A stretch of 63,208 nt of DNA, counting the filler, from Octopus bimaculoides (Eukaryota): the NCBI RefSeq assembly GCF_001194135.2. It is 5 parts of 4 records of this genome, joined end to end, with 100 filler letters (N's around TTAATTAATTAA, not from the genome) between each part and the next. Parts side by side here need not be neighbours in the genome. Positions count along the whole stretch, not along the records: positions 1 to 11,778 come from NC_068995.1; 4 more parts are not named here. One strand, 5' to 3'. A program made the position numbers and the translations under genes. The notes below the pieces were generated by a model. It saw only the letters and a list, made by a program, of their open reading frames with translations, searched no databases and was not told the origin of the DNA. This document shows positions 1 through 11,663 of this stretch, one piece after another; position 1 is the first letter of the stretch, and every line of letters begins with the position of its first letter.

Positions 1-2096
1 ATATATATATATATATATATATAGTTATTAATATAATATTTGGAAAATTTACCTATAAGGTTTTTTTATTTTCATGCTGACCTCCTGAGAAAATTATGAA
101 TGATTTTATTCTTTATTAGATAATTATTATATGAAAAGTTTTTATTCCGGATCAAAGTGGCATTCACTGCAACATTATTTTTGATATATAAAAGTGGTTG
201 AAGAGAAAGATGTAAATTTTACTCTTACTGTATATTTTTGCAAGTGTGTATACATATTGCTGTGCGGCGGCGCTGCTTGTATAGGTATGTGTAGATACTT
301 GTACATTTATGCAACGGAATGTCGACGCTGATGATAGCAGTAGGTATATTTTTTTGCATTTATCTTGAAATGAGATCTTATACGCGATTAACCAAATGTT
401 TAATTTATTATCTTTCTTTTGCTCGACTACAGCCTCTGTTTTTAGAGTTCTTAAGGTGGTTCTAGCGCCAATTTGCACGTGGAGAGGCGATTTGCCCTTC
501 CCTTGTTATAATTATGTATATAACTATTAATATAATATTTGGAAAATTTACCAATGAAGTTTTTATTTTCGAGGTGACCTCCTCATAAAATCATGAATGA
601 TTTTATCCTTTATTATATATATANNNNNNNNNNNNNNNNNNNNNNNNNNNNNNNNNNNNNNNNNNNNNNNNNNNNNNNNNNNNNNNNNNNNNNNNNNNNN
701 NNNNNNNNNNNNNNNNNNNNNNNNNNNNNNNNNNNNNNNNNNNNNNNNNNNNNNNNNNNNNNNNNNNNNNNNNNNNNNNNNNNNNNNNNNNNNNNNNNNN
801 NNNNNNNNNNNNNNNNNNNNNNNNNNNNNNNNNNNNNNNNNNNNNNNNNNNNNNNNNNNNNNNNNNNNNNNNNNNNNNNNNNNNNNNNNNNNNNNNNNNN
901 NNNNNNNNNNNNNNNNNNNNNNNNNNNNNNNNNNNNNNNNNNNNNNNNNNNNNNNNNNNNNNNNNNNNNNNNNNNNNNNNNNNNNNNNNNNNNNNNNNNN
1001 NNNNNNNNNNNNNNNNNNNNNNNNNNNNNNNNNNNNNNNNNNNNNNNNNNNNNNNNNNNNNNNNNNNNNNNNNNNNNNNNNNNNNNNNNNNNNNNNNNNN
1101 NNNNNNNNNNNNNNNNNNNNNNNNNNNNNNNNNNNNNNNNNNNNNNNNNNNNNNNNNNNNNNNNNNNNNNNNNNNNNNNNNNNNNNNNNNNNNNNNNNNN
1201 NNNNNNNNNNNNNNNNNNNNNNNNNNNNNNNNNNNNNNNNNNNNNNNNNNNNNNNNNNNNNNNNNNNNNNNNNNNNNNNNNNNNNNNNNNNNNNNNNNNN
1301 NNNNNNNNNNNNNNNNNNNNNNNNNNNNNNNNNNNNNNNNNNNNNNNNNNNNNNNNNNNNNNNNNNNNNNNNNNNNNNNNNNNNNNNNNNNNNNNNNNNN
1401 NNNNNNNNNNNNNNNNNNNNNNNNNNNNNNNNNNNNNNNNNNNNNNNNNNNNNNNNNNNNNNNNNNNNNNNNNNNNNNNNNNNNNNNNNNNNNNNNNNNN
1501 NNNNNNNNNNNNNNNNNNNNNNNNNNNNNNNNNNNNNNNNNNNNNNNNNNNNTATATATATATAGATAGATAGATAGATAGATAGGTAGATATGAAGGGT
1601 CTACCAAGCTTTGGTTGATCCTTCATAGTAGATTAACCTGCTTGGTAGACCCTTTATTCAAATTATACGCTAGCGCCCACAAACGGAGGGATATATTAGG
1701 ATAGGTAGTACCTAATATGCGCAAAGGGAGATTGTTTAATGGAAGATCTAATTGAGCTAATAATATCCAACCAAATTTCGCCCCTGATCATTCATCTCAC
1801 CGTTTTATACACAATTTTTCATATAGCGCGTTTGCACAATTATACACACGCACGCATGCACGTATGCACGCTGCACACGCACTCGCGCGCGCGCGCACCC
1901 ACACCCACCCATACACACACACACACAAACACTCACACAAACACATACACATACGTATGCGTGGACGTATGCGTATATGTGTGTCTGGCTGTATGTATGT
2001 CTCTATCTATCTAACTATCTATCTAGCTAGCTAGCTAAGAAATAGCTTAGGTTGTAGAAGAAAAATGTAAATAATGGTTAGCAATATCTGTGAATA

Positions 2097-2180
<84 letters not shown>

Positions 2181-2192
2181 CACACACAACTA

Positions 2193-2990
2193 TATATGTA
2201 TGAGTGTGTTAAAATAAAATAAGACAGGAAAACCAAGGCTGTGTGAATTTTCAGGACATTTATAATGAGAAAGTTAGTCTTACAGCTGTTTCTGGGATAT
2301 TACGAACATCCCCTCATGAGAGACGATGTGAGATGCTTAAATAGAGGGAAATATTAGTGTTCAATACAAGGAGTTATTTTGGAAAAGGAAGGAAATAAGG
2401 AGTATAGAGGGAAATAGGAGAATGAATGTAGAAATAAAAATAAAAAAATATTTTATTTATTAATTCATAATAGAATATAAGGATAAAAATCACGTTAATT
2501 CACAATTCACAATTAACGTCAGGTCTTTTAGCCCGCTTTCAGCCATGTGTATATTTATCTGGGGTTTTTGGTAATTCTTTGAAGATATCAGCACTTCAAG
2601 CATGCTGGAGATAGGTCGTTTTCGCCATTTCTCCCTTAATATAATAACATAGATATGTATATTGTTATCAATTTAATGTAAAAATAAAATAAAATATATA
2701 AAGATGTTATAGTTGCAGTTCCATTATCCAAGGAAAGTGGTAGAAATGCTTTTTGTTCGTGGTATGTAAGTTCCAATAGGAGTTCATATTTTGTCATTAC
2801 GAATGGAAAGTCTGGAGGCGTAGATTCCATGTGCTGTTCATTCAAAGGGGTCTTTGTGGTGCGAATGAAAATTTGAGAATGTAGTGGTAGTATTAAGTGG
2901 ATAGAAATGGGAGAAGAGATGTGTATTTTAAAATAGGGAGTGAGGTCAAAAGGAAAAGGTGAGAAAAGAAGGAAAGAAAGAGGAAGAGAA
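2193..2990 (-). mobile_element. Penelope-like element (pseudo-LTR) remnant
   Basis: Minus strand carries the CTxATGA...GAAAC-AGCT-GTA hammerhead signature typical of PLE terminal repeats, within a long purine/pyrimidine-skewed tract. No intact RT or GIY-YIG ORF is visible. Confidence 0.5.
2277..2324 (-). ncRNA. Degenerate minimal type-I hammerhead ribozyme
   Basis: GTCT-CTCATGA-GGGGAT-gttcgtaat-ATCCCA-GAAAC-AGCT-GTA-AGAC. Stem I is GTCT/AGAC, stem II is GGGAT/ATCCC, the stem III loop AGCT is palindromic, and the cleavage triplet is GUA. G5 and C11.1 are mutated. Confidence 0.75.
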
Positions 2991-3060
2991 AATGAAAACA
3001 AGAGAAAATGAAAACAAGAGAAAATGAGAAGAAAATTGAAAGAAAGTGAAAAAAGGAGTG

Positions 3061-4130
3061 TTAGTTGGTGGTCAAGATATTCTCTCGCAGGAAACCATCA
3101 GGGTGCTTGAAAAAGTGGTAGTCGGTACGAGAAAGGTCTGGGTAGGGAAGAACTTCGTAGCCAAGTTCCCTCAACTTCTGAGGTGTCATTAGTGAAACGT
3201 ATGGTCGAGCATTGTGATGAAGAATGATTGGCCTTTTTCTGTTGACCAGTCTGGGACGTAGAAGTAGCAGTTTTTCGTTCATTTTGACAATCTCATGGCA
3301 ATATATTTCTGCAGTAATGGGTTTTCCGGGTTTTAAGAAGTTATAATGAATGAGTCTAGCAGTACACCACCAAACAGTCACCATAACCTTCCTTTTGAAG
3401 AGCTCAGGTTTAGGGAAGGTTTTCGGTGCTTCATTTTGGTCCAACCACTGCGAAGAACCTTTTCTATTACTGTACAGAATCCACTTTTCATTGCAAGTTA
3501 CAATACGGTCGAATAATGACTCGGTCTGGTTATGGAGAAGAAGCGACGAGCAAATTTCATATCTGCGCATTTTCTGATTTTCATTCAAATTGTGTGGTAC
3601 CCATTTGTCGAGCTTTTTTGATTTTCCGATCGCATGGAAATGGTTGCAGTCAGTTTTCTGGCTAATCTGAAGTTCTTTTGCCAGTTCTCGAATGGTTTTA
3701 CGTAGATCTTTCTTACAGATGGTCTTTAATTGACCGTCATCGATGACAGATGGGCATCCACTATGCTCCTGATCTTGAAGGTTCAGGTCTCCACTGCGAA
3801 GTCGTTTAAACCATTTTCGAGCTGACAACTCTCTGGTCATTTCCTCACCAAACGTTTCGTTGATATCGCGAGCAGTTCCAGCTGCTTTACGTCCTTTTTT
3901 GAAGTTGAATAGCAAAATTACTCAAATATCGCGCTTTGACAATTCTATTTCAGATGATTGTAACAAAGATGAATATCAATGTTAATTTATTGATGCATTT
4001 GGGCATGTCTATGTCTTTATTATCAGACAATTGCAAAAAAAAATGCTTTAAAAAAATTTCAAAGCTCTGCAAAAATCCGGTAAAAATTCTTCATGGTTCC
4101 AAACGTTGCTTATTTTTTCACTCAACATTA
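3061..4130 (-). mobile_element. Mariner (DD34D) transposon relic, 3'-truncated
   Basis: A 284-aa open frame (3061-3915) with WVPHNL, DRIVTCNEKWILY, HHNARP and YPDLSRTDYHFF motifs. The decayed start (ATA at 3946-3948) and a CGA>TGA stop lie upstream. The putative 5' TIR TAATGTTGAGTGAAAAAATAAGCAACGTTTGG ends in (TA)n near 4130. Confidence 0.93.
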
Positions 4131-5225
4131 TATATATATATATATATATACACACACATGCATACATATATAGATATGCATATACATATATATTTGTGTG
4201 TGAATGTGTGTATAAATATATGCATGTATGTATGTTTATGAATACACACGCATACACATGTGTGTGTGCGCGTGTGTATGTGTGTATGCGTGTGCGTGTG
4301 TGTATGTGTGTGTGTGGGGGGGGTGTAAACACGCGCTCGCTTTCGCGAATAGATAAACATATATACATATAGAACAAACGGTACTGTAGATAAGAAACGA
4401 ATACACGAAATGAGAAGGAACGGGCAAGGAGCATTCGTGAAAACTGTTGTGATTAATGGATACGGTGGTGGTGGCGTTGGTGATGATCATAGACTCGACG
4501 ATGGCAGCGATAGTAGTTCTGAGTGTTGTTATGGTGGTTTGGTGTTAGCGTAAAAGTAGTAACAGTGTATTAATAGTTGTGGGTACAGATTTGTGGAAAT
4601 GACGGATTATAGGGAAAACAGAGCAAGTTTTTTTTTCCTTTTGCCCCATCTTTTGGAATTGTGCTGTTTCTTTTTTTTTTCCTTTTTACCCCAATTAAAA
4701 ATCTTTCTCTTATTTTATTTGTTTCATTAATTAATTAATTTATTGCATTTTTTCATTTTTTGTATAGTAAACGAGAAGGAGGAGGATGGGAGAGGAGGAG
4801 GGGGCGAAAAATTAAGAAGATGGTGCTGAAAACTAAGAACTACATAAGTTAGCGTCAACGAAATGGAGCGCTACAGTGATACATTCTTTAGATTAAAAAC
4901 AGACAGCTACCAGCCACCATACACCAACTTCCAAAACCTACATTATAAACACAGCAATCGGCGAAGTCCCAATGCGGTCTTTTGACTTGTTATAAATAGT
5001 AGCTAAATTTCCTTAAAGTATCCGGGAATGTTGGTGTTATTTTATACTTTAAAATGAATAGAATCGATCAATTAAAAAAATTCCGGTCATACACGCATTA
5101 ATAAGCGAGATATTTGCCGTTAAAATTAACAATTCTCACATGTGCCCCAAAACGATCAACACAACTTGTAGTTTTACTATAAATAACAAAATTGATGCGT
5201 GACATCATAACACATCAGTTTCAAA

Positions 5226-5446
5226 ACGGCTAACGCAAGCGATGAGAGCATTTTTTCAATGGATATGGGTCTTCATTTGCCTTATGAAGAGTTGTCTTTT
5301 GACGATACTAACGACGTCCAATACTAAGATGTCCAACACATCGCATATCAATATGAACCAGAAACATCAGATTCGGAAGAATCCGATTCATCATTACAGA
5401 CCGCAAACCATGATGACAATGGGCCTATATTAAGAAACACTGACTG
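5226..5446 (+). pseudogene. Relic first exon of a P2X7-ballast-like (transposon-associated Zn-binding) ORF
   Basis: An ACG (decayed ATG) frame with one TAA stop reads ...IAYQYEPETSDSEESD...GPILRNTDW, then a TG|GTATTG donor. This resembles the PY.FEP-acidic-RL.NT.WCxC motif of that family (recalled, not searched). Confidence 0.55.
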
Positions 5447-5529
5447 GTATTGTTATATAAATATACCTAATGTTAACCAAAATTCTTCAAATACTTCGGT
5501 CCCAAGTTATTTGAAAATACGTCTGTATA

Positions 5530-6768
5530 CATGAGGTCTGATCAATAAGTATCCGGACTCTTTCCACAAAGTTTTAACGTTCTAACTCATTTCTGCTGTT
5601 TACAGCAGTACTTGGAAGGAACGTGTGTAGTGTGTGATCGTCGCATTGACTATGACAATGAAAGTTGTCATGGTAATACCTGATCAGAAGCCTACGTCAA
5701 GTTGCAGAAAATGTATGGAGAAGAGTGTATGAGCCGCACACAAGTGTACGAGTCGTTCAGATGTTTCCAAGATGACCGAAAAAATGTCGATATTGACGAA
5801 CGTTCTGGGAGACCGGCAACCAGAAGAACTAAGAAAAATATCACAGATGTGCGTGCAACTGTGAGGGGAATCGTCGAATCATCAACCGAATCATCAGTCG
5901 CAGGAGTGGCTGTATAGTAAGTAGCTTGCTTACCAACCACATGGTTCCGGGTTCAGTCCCACTGCGTGGCACCTTGGGCGAGTGTCTTCTACTATAGCCT
6001 CGGGCCAACGAAAGCCTTGTGAGTGGATTTGCTAGACGGAAACTGAAAGAAACCCGTCGTTTCTATGTATATGTATATGTATATATGTGTGTGTGTGTTT
6101 TTGTGTCTGTGTTTGTCCCCCTCCCCAACATCGCTTGATAACCGATGCTGGTATGTTTAGGTCCCCGTAACTTAGCGGTTCGGCAAAAGAACCGATAGAA
6201 TAAGTACTAGGCTTACAAAGAATAAGTCCTGGGGTCGATTTGCTCGAATAAAGGCGGTGCTCCAGCATGGCCGCAGTCATATGACTGAAACAAGTAAAAG
6301 AGAAAAAAAAACCGTGAGTTATCAGAGGATGTGCAGATTAGTTACGGTTTAGTTCAGTCCATTATCACTGAAGATTTGTGTATGAGACGTGTGTCTGCCA
6401 AGTTTATGCCAAAACTGCTTTCACCTGACCAAAATGACACTCAGGTTTCAGTTGCACAAGATCTCCTTGATTGTGTCGAGGACGATGAAAACTTTTCGAA
6501 AACTTTGCGTAGGCCTCTGAATAGGTATAACCAACCTTTTGACAAAATTTGATGCAGATTCTCTGCTCAACTTTCTCTGTTATGGTTAATGTGACGATCA
6601 CACACCTTCCTTCTAAGCACTGCTGTAAACAGTGGAAGTGAGCTAGAACGTTAAAACTTAATGCGCATGCACAACAGAGTGGTCAATCTGTGCCAAGCGG
6701 CTTTACTGTGCATACTTTAGCTTCGTTACTATGGCAACATTCCGGATACTTATTGATCAGACCACATA
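5530..6768. mobile_element. Mariner derivative built from two inverted 5' ends
   Basis: TIRs TG(A/T)GGTCTGATCAATAAGTATCCGGA at both ends. The + strand encodes ...MYGEECMSRTQVYE...DERSGRP...RELSEDVQISYG...RRVSAKFMPKLL. The - strand encodes a second N-terminus, EKVEQRICIKFCQKVG..SEAYAKF. Confidence 0.88.
5889..6309 (+). mobile_element. tRNA-derived SINE family A, full length, with AACCG target-site duplication
   Basis: Pol III box A/B-like head (GGAGTGGCTGT..GGTTCAGTCCC), central microsatellite and GACTGAAACAAGTAAAAGAG tail. AACCG occurs at 5884-5888 and 6310-6314; removing the insert restores the mariner frame RRIINREL. Confidence 0.9.
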
Positions 6769-9700
6769 TCTATGATACGAAATTTACATGCCGTGCAGTC
6801 CAGGAGGAAACTATCTGCATAATTTAATTACTTTAATTAGACTGTTAAACTTTGCCATGACAATTATCAAAGTGTCAATGTTGTACAGTTTTAATTCTCT
6901 ATAATTAGCCTCTCATGTTGTAGTAATTCTTACAGCGTAAACAGGCTGGGCACAGCAACAAGTCTATTTCCAAAATAATAGGTTGTTTTGTACATCCCAC
7001 ATTTCTATGCAATATTGCAAAAAACAACATTTCTTGTGTGTGTTATACATTGGCTTGTTATTATTTACCTTTGCTTTATTCAGGTATAAAAACTACTTGT
7101 GTTAAGAGGTATTACTTGTTACCGGCCAATACATTTTATCCCAGAATAACGAAATCTCTGACTGAGTTATGCAATTAGCTTACAGTGAAAATTTCAGTCT
7201 GAAGTAAACGATGAAATCTTGAACACTATATAGAGGCTATTTCATGATTTGGCATCAATGAGGGATCTAAATATTTGGATGCACATGATTGCATTACATA
7301 AAATTATATACTTTGCCTGGTTGTTTTTGAAAATATAATCATGCTTGTTGCAAAATGCCCTAAATGAGGGCAAGTTAATTTGTTAATTTAATTGTCATAT
7401 TTTCATGAGATCTTTTCACATGTGATAGATGTTGCTGTGGACGTTGCTCTCATATGCCGTCACCAAGGTAGAGTATCTGTTGCCACGAGGTTGGGAGAAT
7501 TATTGACAACAGGGAATCTTTGGACAAAGAGGTATCTTGCATAACTCATCACCCTCGGTTACAGTCGGTGTGTTTGGATATTTATGTGCTCGAAACTGCA
7601 CATTACCAGTATCGCTCTCAGTATGGAGAATTACAAGTCAGCATTGAATATCAAATTACTTGGTGATAGGCTTATACTAAATTCGAAATCATGCCAGCCC
7701 TTTAAAAAATCAAAAGCTTCCCATCCTACATCAAGAACATTCAGCAAAAGAATAAGTGTTTTGTTCACACAAACACAAACACACATACACATATACACAT
7801 ACAGAAAAACATGATTGTGATTGTGTAAATGTAGTATAACTGTGCAAGCGAATATAAAAATGATAATACAGACCTAGATAACTTTAAATGAAGTAATAAC
7901 TGTGTGGTTACAGCCGTAATATATTTAATCATCGAACTATTCGGTGAGATTTGTCCAGAAATTAATAACATTTACGAAAAGTATATGAGAAGGCAACTGA
8001 ACTGAGCCTGCTGAATAAATTTGCTTAAATATATAGCATGTTTTATTAATTCACATGTAGTATATAGAATTGGGTAGATACCTCACATTTTCGACAAGAG
8101 AGTATAAAACTCTTTTGAAGCGCTATTATCCGTTTATTTTCGTTCAATTTCGTCGGTCAACCGAAAATGTAGTAAAAAGCAACGTAGACACTGCTGCTTA
8201 CATTACACATGGTTAAGTTAATTTACATATGAGTGCTAGTTTGAAAACTGCTACAAATTCTCTTTGCAGGAAACACAGCATGTAAACTAAAAGTTTAGGA
8301 AACTGATACATATATATTATGTTTGAAATATAATATAGTTTTACTGTGAGATGAATTTGCAGGGTATAACATATCACAAGTCCTCGGTGAAACCGATATT
8401 GCTAATTAGTTTCCGTTTTACATCAATGTTCTGCCAAGAGAACAACTTATGTGTAAAATATATTTGTAGACTGGTGCACTTAGTTTGACAAACTTTAAAT
8501 GTTCTTTTTATACTAAATACAACATGCGAAGTAAAATCTAGCAAGTTAGCTAAGCTAAATATGAGAAAAGTTTAGTAAACGAGAACTACAACACCCCCAG
8601 TAAAAATAAAAAGGATAATTCCCACCAACTCCCAGAGAAAATACTCGACAACCCTAAATTTCTCGAACTACAAAAAATAAGCGTTAATATCATTTGCTAT
8701 TATTTTCGTGTATATTATAGAATTACTTACATAAACGAGGCATTGATTACATAAACTCTATTGACAAAGTATGGTTTTCGAGCTTCTTTCGTTTGTTTTT
8801 CTCCCTAGAAATCGTTGTGACCCAGTTAACCGAATGAAGGAGGGGACTCCAACTAAATAGAATGCTAGCTTATTTTCCATTTCGTCTATGGAAGGAATTG
8901 AACTCACCAGTGCAAGTTTAATCGTCACTCAGTTAGGTAGTAACCGAGTTCTTTGAAATGTAGAGCTATATCCCGCATGGTTCCTATTTACAAACACTGA
9001 GTAAAGAGTCTTTACCTTAAGTGACAAAAGACGAAACACAGGCACTCGCTTTGTTGGGGGAAAGGTGTCCCTTTAACATTTTGAGTGGTAACGACCCTCA
9101 GAAATGAGAAGCGGGTTTTATATTAGTTATATTTTATTTCTTTGGAAAACATTGTTAATTTGAATAACAATAGAGAAATCAATCTAGTTGAGCTGATGCA
9201 TTGTAGAAACTCACATCTGATCACTGAACAATGTCTGGTTCTAATGTGGACTGACACGACGTATAACTGTCGGGTATAAATTTTCTGTTCCTGCATTACT
9301 CTCCCGCTCATATTTTCTTCCTCTCTAGTCCTCTTTTCCTTTGATGCACTTAATCTCCTTTAGCCAAACAATGTAGTTGTTTTAACAATGAACGTTCCCA
9401 TCCGTAGCAGCTATGACCTACCCAATGTAATACATTACTATTGATAGCTTAACAATTGGTGTGAAGAGATATTAACTGGACTATTAACCGAACTAAGTTG
9501 AAAGGAACTGAACTTGAAAATAGTAATTAATTTCACGTGTAAAGAATGACAACGAGTAGATATAAATAGATAGCTACATCTTATCGCCAAATGGGGTAAT
9601 TTCGTTTTTCTTTTTTTTTCAACTTGATAGAGTTCATCCGTGAATGAAACTTCTTTTGGCTTCTACCACTTGATAGGGGAGTGGATTTTTCTCTTTGGTT

Positions 9701-9954
9701 GAGATAGGTTCATATCTCTCACTCTCAATGACTTTTAAATATTCATGCAAAAAAGTATACACACATATATATATATAAAATCATACAATCAATACCAAGT
9801 GCAACAAAATAGGGCTTCATGAAATTCAACAATTCTTATTGAAAAGAATGAGGTAAAAGCAAATCAGACACGTAGACTTCAGCGATCAAGAAGACCAACA
9901 ATAACAACAACAGCAATAACAGTAGCAGTAGTAAAGTTTCTAGCGTGGGTACAA

Positions 9955-10602
9955 AACCTGGAAGTTTGAGAAGGTGTTAGTCGATTATCCACTGTCGATA
10001 CATGACTGGCATTTAGTTTTCAACCCCAGAGGGATGCAAGTTAAATTTGACCATGACATGATTTGAAATGAGAGTGTAAAGGTCCATAACTAAACACAGT
10101 AAGTTATTTTGTCCGATGCGCTTATGATTATGCTATTCTACCAATAATAAGTATCCATTCTTTCTACAATTACCACAACACCTGAAATTTTGGAGGAGGG
10201 GGCTAGTCGATTGCATCCCCCCCCCCCGGGGGCACTTGGCGCTTATTTCAACGACCCCGAAAAAAGACTGAGTCGACCTCAGCGCAATTTGATTTCAAAA
10301 CGTAGAGACGGACGAAATGCCGCTGAGCAATTTGTCCGGCGAGCTAACGAGTCTACCAAATCGCCGCCTTGTTTATCAATAATAATAATCCTTTCTACTA
10401 AAGGCGCAAGGCCTGAAATACTGGGGGAGGGGGTTAGTGGATTTCATCGACCCTAGTGCTTAAATGATACCTATTTCATCGATCTCGAAAGGATGATACT
10501 CATAATTCACCGAGGCGACATTGGAACTCAGAATGAAAAATCTGACAAAATGCCGCTAAGCATTTCATCCGCGTCCTATCGATTCTGTTAGCTCGCCGCC
10601 TG
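9955..10602 (-). mobile_element. Three tandem copies of SINE family C (Nin/Deu-like core)
   Basis: Repeated GGCGAGCT..CAGAATCGTTAG head, CTTTCATCCTTTCGGGGTCGAT..AATAAGTACC core and (ATT)n tails, arranged head to tail. Confidence 0.8.
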
Positions 10603-10603
10603 C

Positions 10604-10660
10604 AAAAATTTGGAGTATGAAAACTGTAAAAGTTGTGCCTGTAATAATTGGTACATTGGG
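10604..10660 (+). mobile_element. Small fragment of a restriction-like-endonuclease non-LTR element
   Basis: Reads KIWSMKTVKVVPVIIGTLG, matching the ..VPVVIGALG C-terminal motif also seen at about 43730. Confidence 0.5.
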
Positions 10661-11149
10661 ATTAAGTTAGGATTAAGTTAGGATTATTAAGCTAATCAAG
10701 TTCTTTATTTCAAACCAAACTAAGTAACATCGACGTCAAATTTGGGTGAAATCTGTTGAAATTGGTTAACTTTTGGCTGAAAATGAGTTGCAGACAACTT
10801 GATTGGGTAATCCCATAAGGAATCGGTTTATCAATTTTTTCGACTCATCGATTTTTTTTTTTTTCGTCTTTGGAGAACTTAAAGCATTCAAAGATCCCAT
10901 GAGTCCTAAGTAATGCTGGCATCAAGTTTGAACAAAATACATCAAAATTAGTAAAAGTTATGGTTGAAAATGGGGTGTAGCCAATTTTATTGGGAAATCC
11001 TATAAGGAAACGGTTTATCAGTTTATTGATTTTTCACCCCAAATAGGACTTAACCGAACACAATATTGCTGATTCAAAAACATCTATATTTAAACTTTAA
11101 AGTTGGTTTTCACACTCAACCCTGTTCTGCAGAATCAGTGTCGCGACGA

Positions 11150-11310
11150 GAGGTTTGTGCCCATCTCTATGTTCTGAGTTCAAATTCCGCCGAAGTCGAC
11201 TTTGCCTCTCATCCTTTGGGGGCCTAAAAAATAAGTACCAGTTGAACACAGGCGACGATATAAATGACTATTCACCACCTGCCCCAAAGCCGCCCTTGTG
11301 GGAAAAATTT
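11150..11310 (+). mobile_element. SINE family C copy
   Basis: GTTCTGAGTTCAAATTCCGCCGAAGTCGACTTTGCCTCTCATCCTTTGGGGG core, followed by a tail. Confidence 0.75.
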
Positions 11311-11663
11311 AAAATAATAATGATAATAATAATAATAATAATAGTAATAATGACCTCTGCCGATCAAACTCCTAACCCATGCAGGTTGGGAGTTTGATCA
11401 GCAGAGGTGATCAGGTTGCACATGCCAGCCCTTTGAAAACACTACCCCATCATCTATCCCCCTTTGCCCATGGGTCGGGAATCCTTCCAGCAAGGAAAAT
11501 AAGATGCCCAAAAGGGCTCCCGATCCTCTGTGTCAGAAGCGGTTATGTTCAGATCACAACTAAGTCTTAAGTGTATATATATATATATAGACACCCCCCC
11601 CCACACACACACACACTATATATACAAAAATGGTAGTAAGTAAATGTGTTTTAAAAAAGATTG

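Noticed and set aside
593-1626. Long ORFs over N-runs (also at 17.8, 25.4, 29-34.5, 38.7, 40.4, 44.3, 46.8 and 48.4 kb)
   Set aside because: They are open only because Ns translate as X; no coding evidence.
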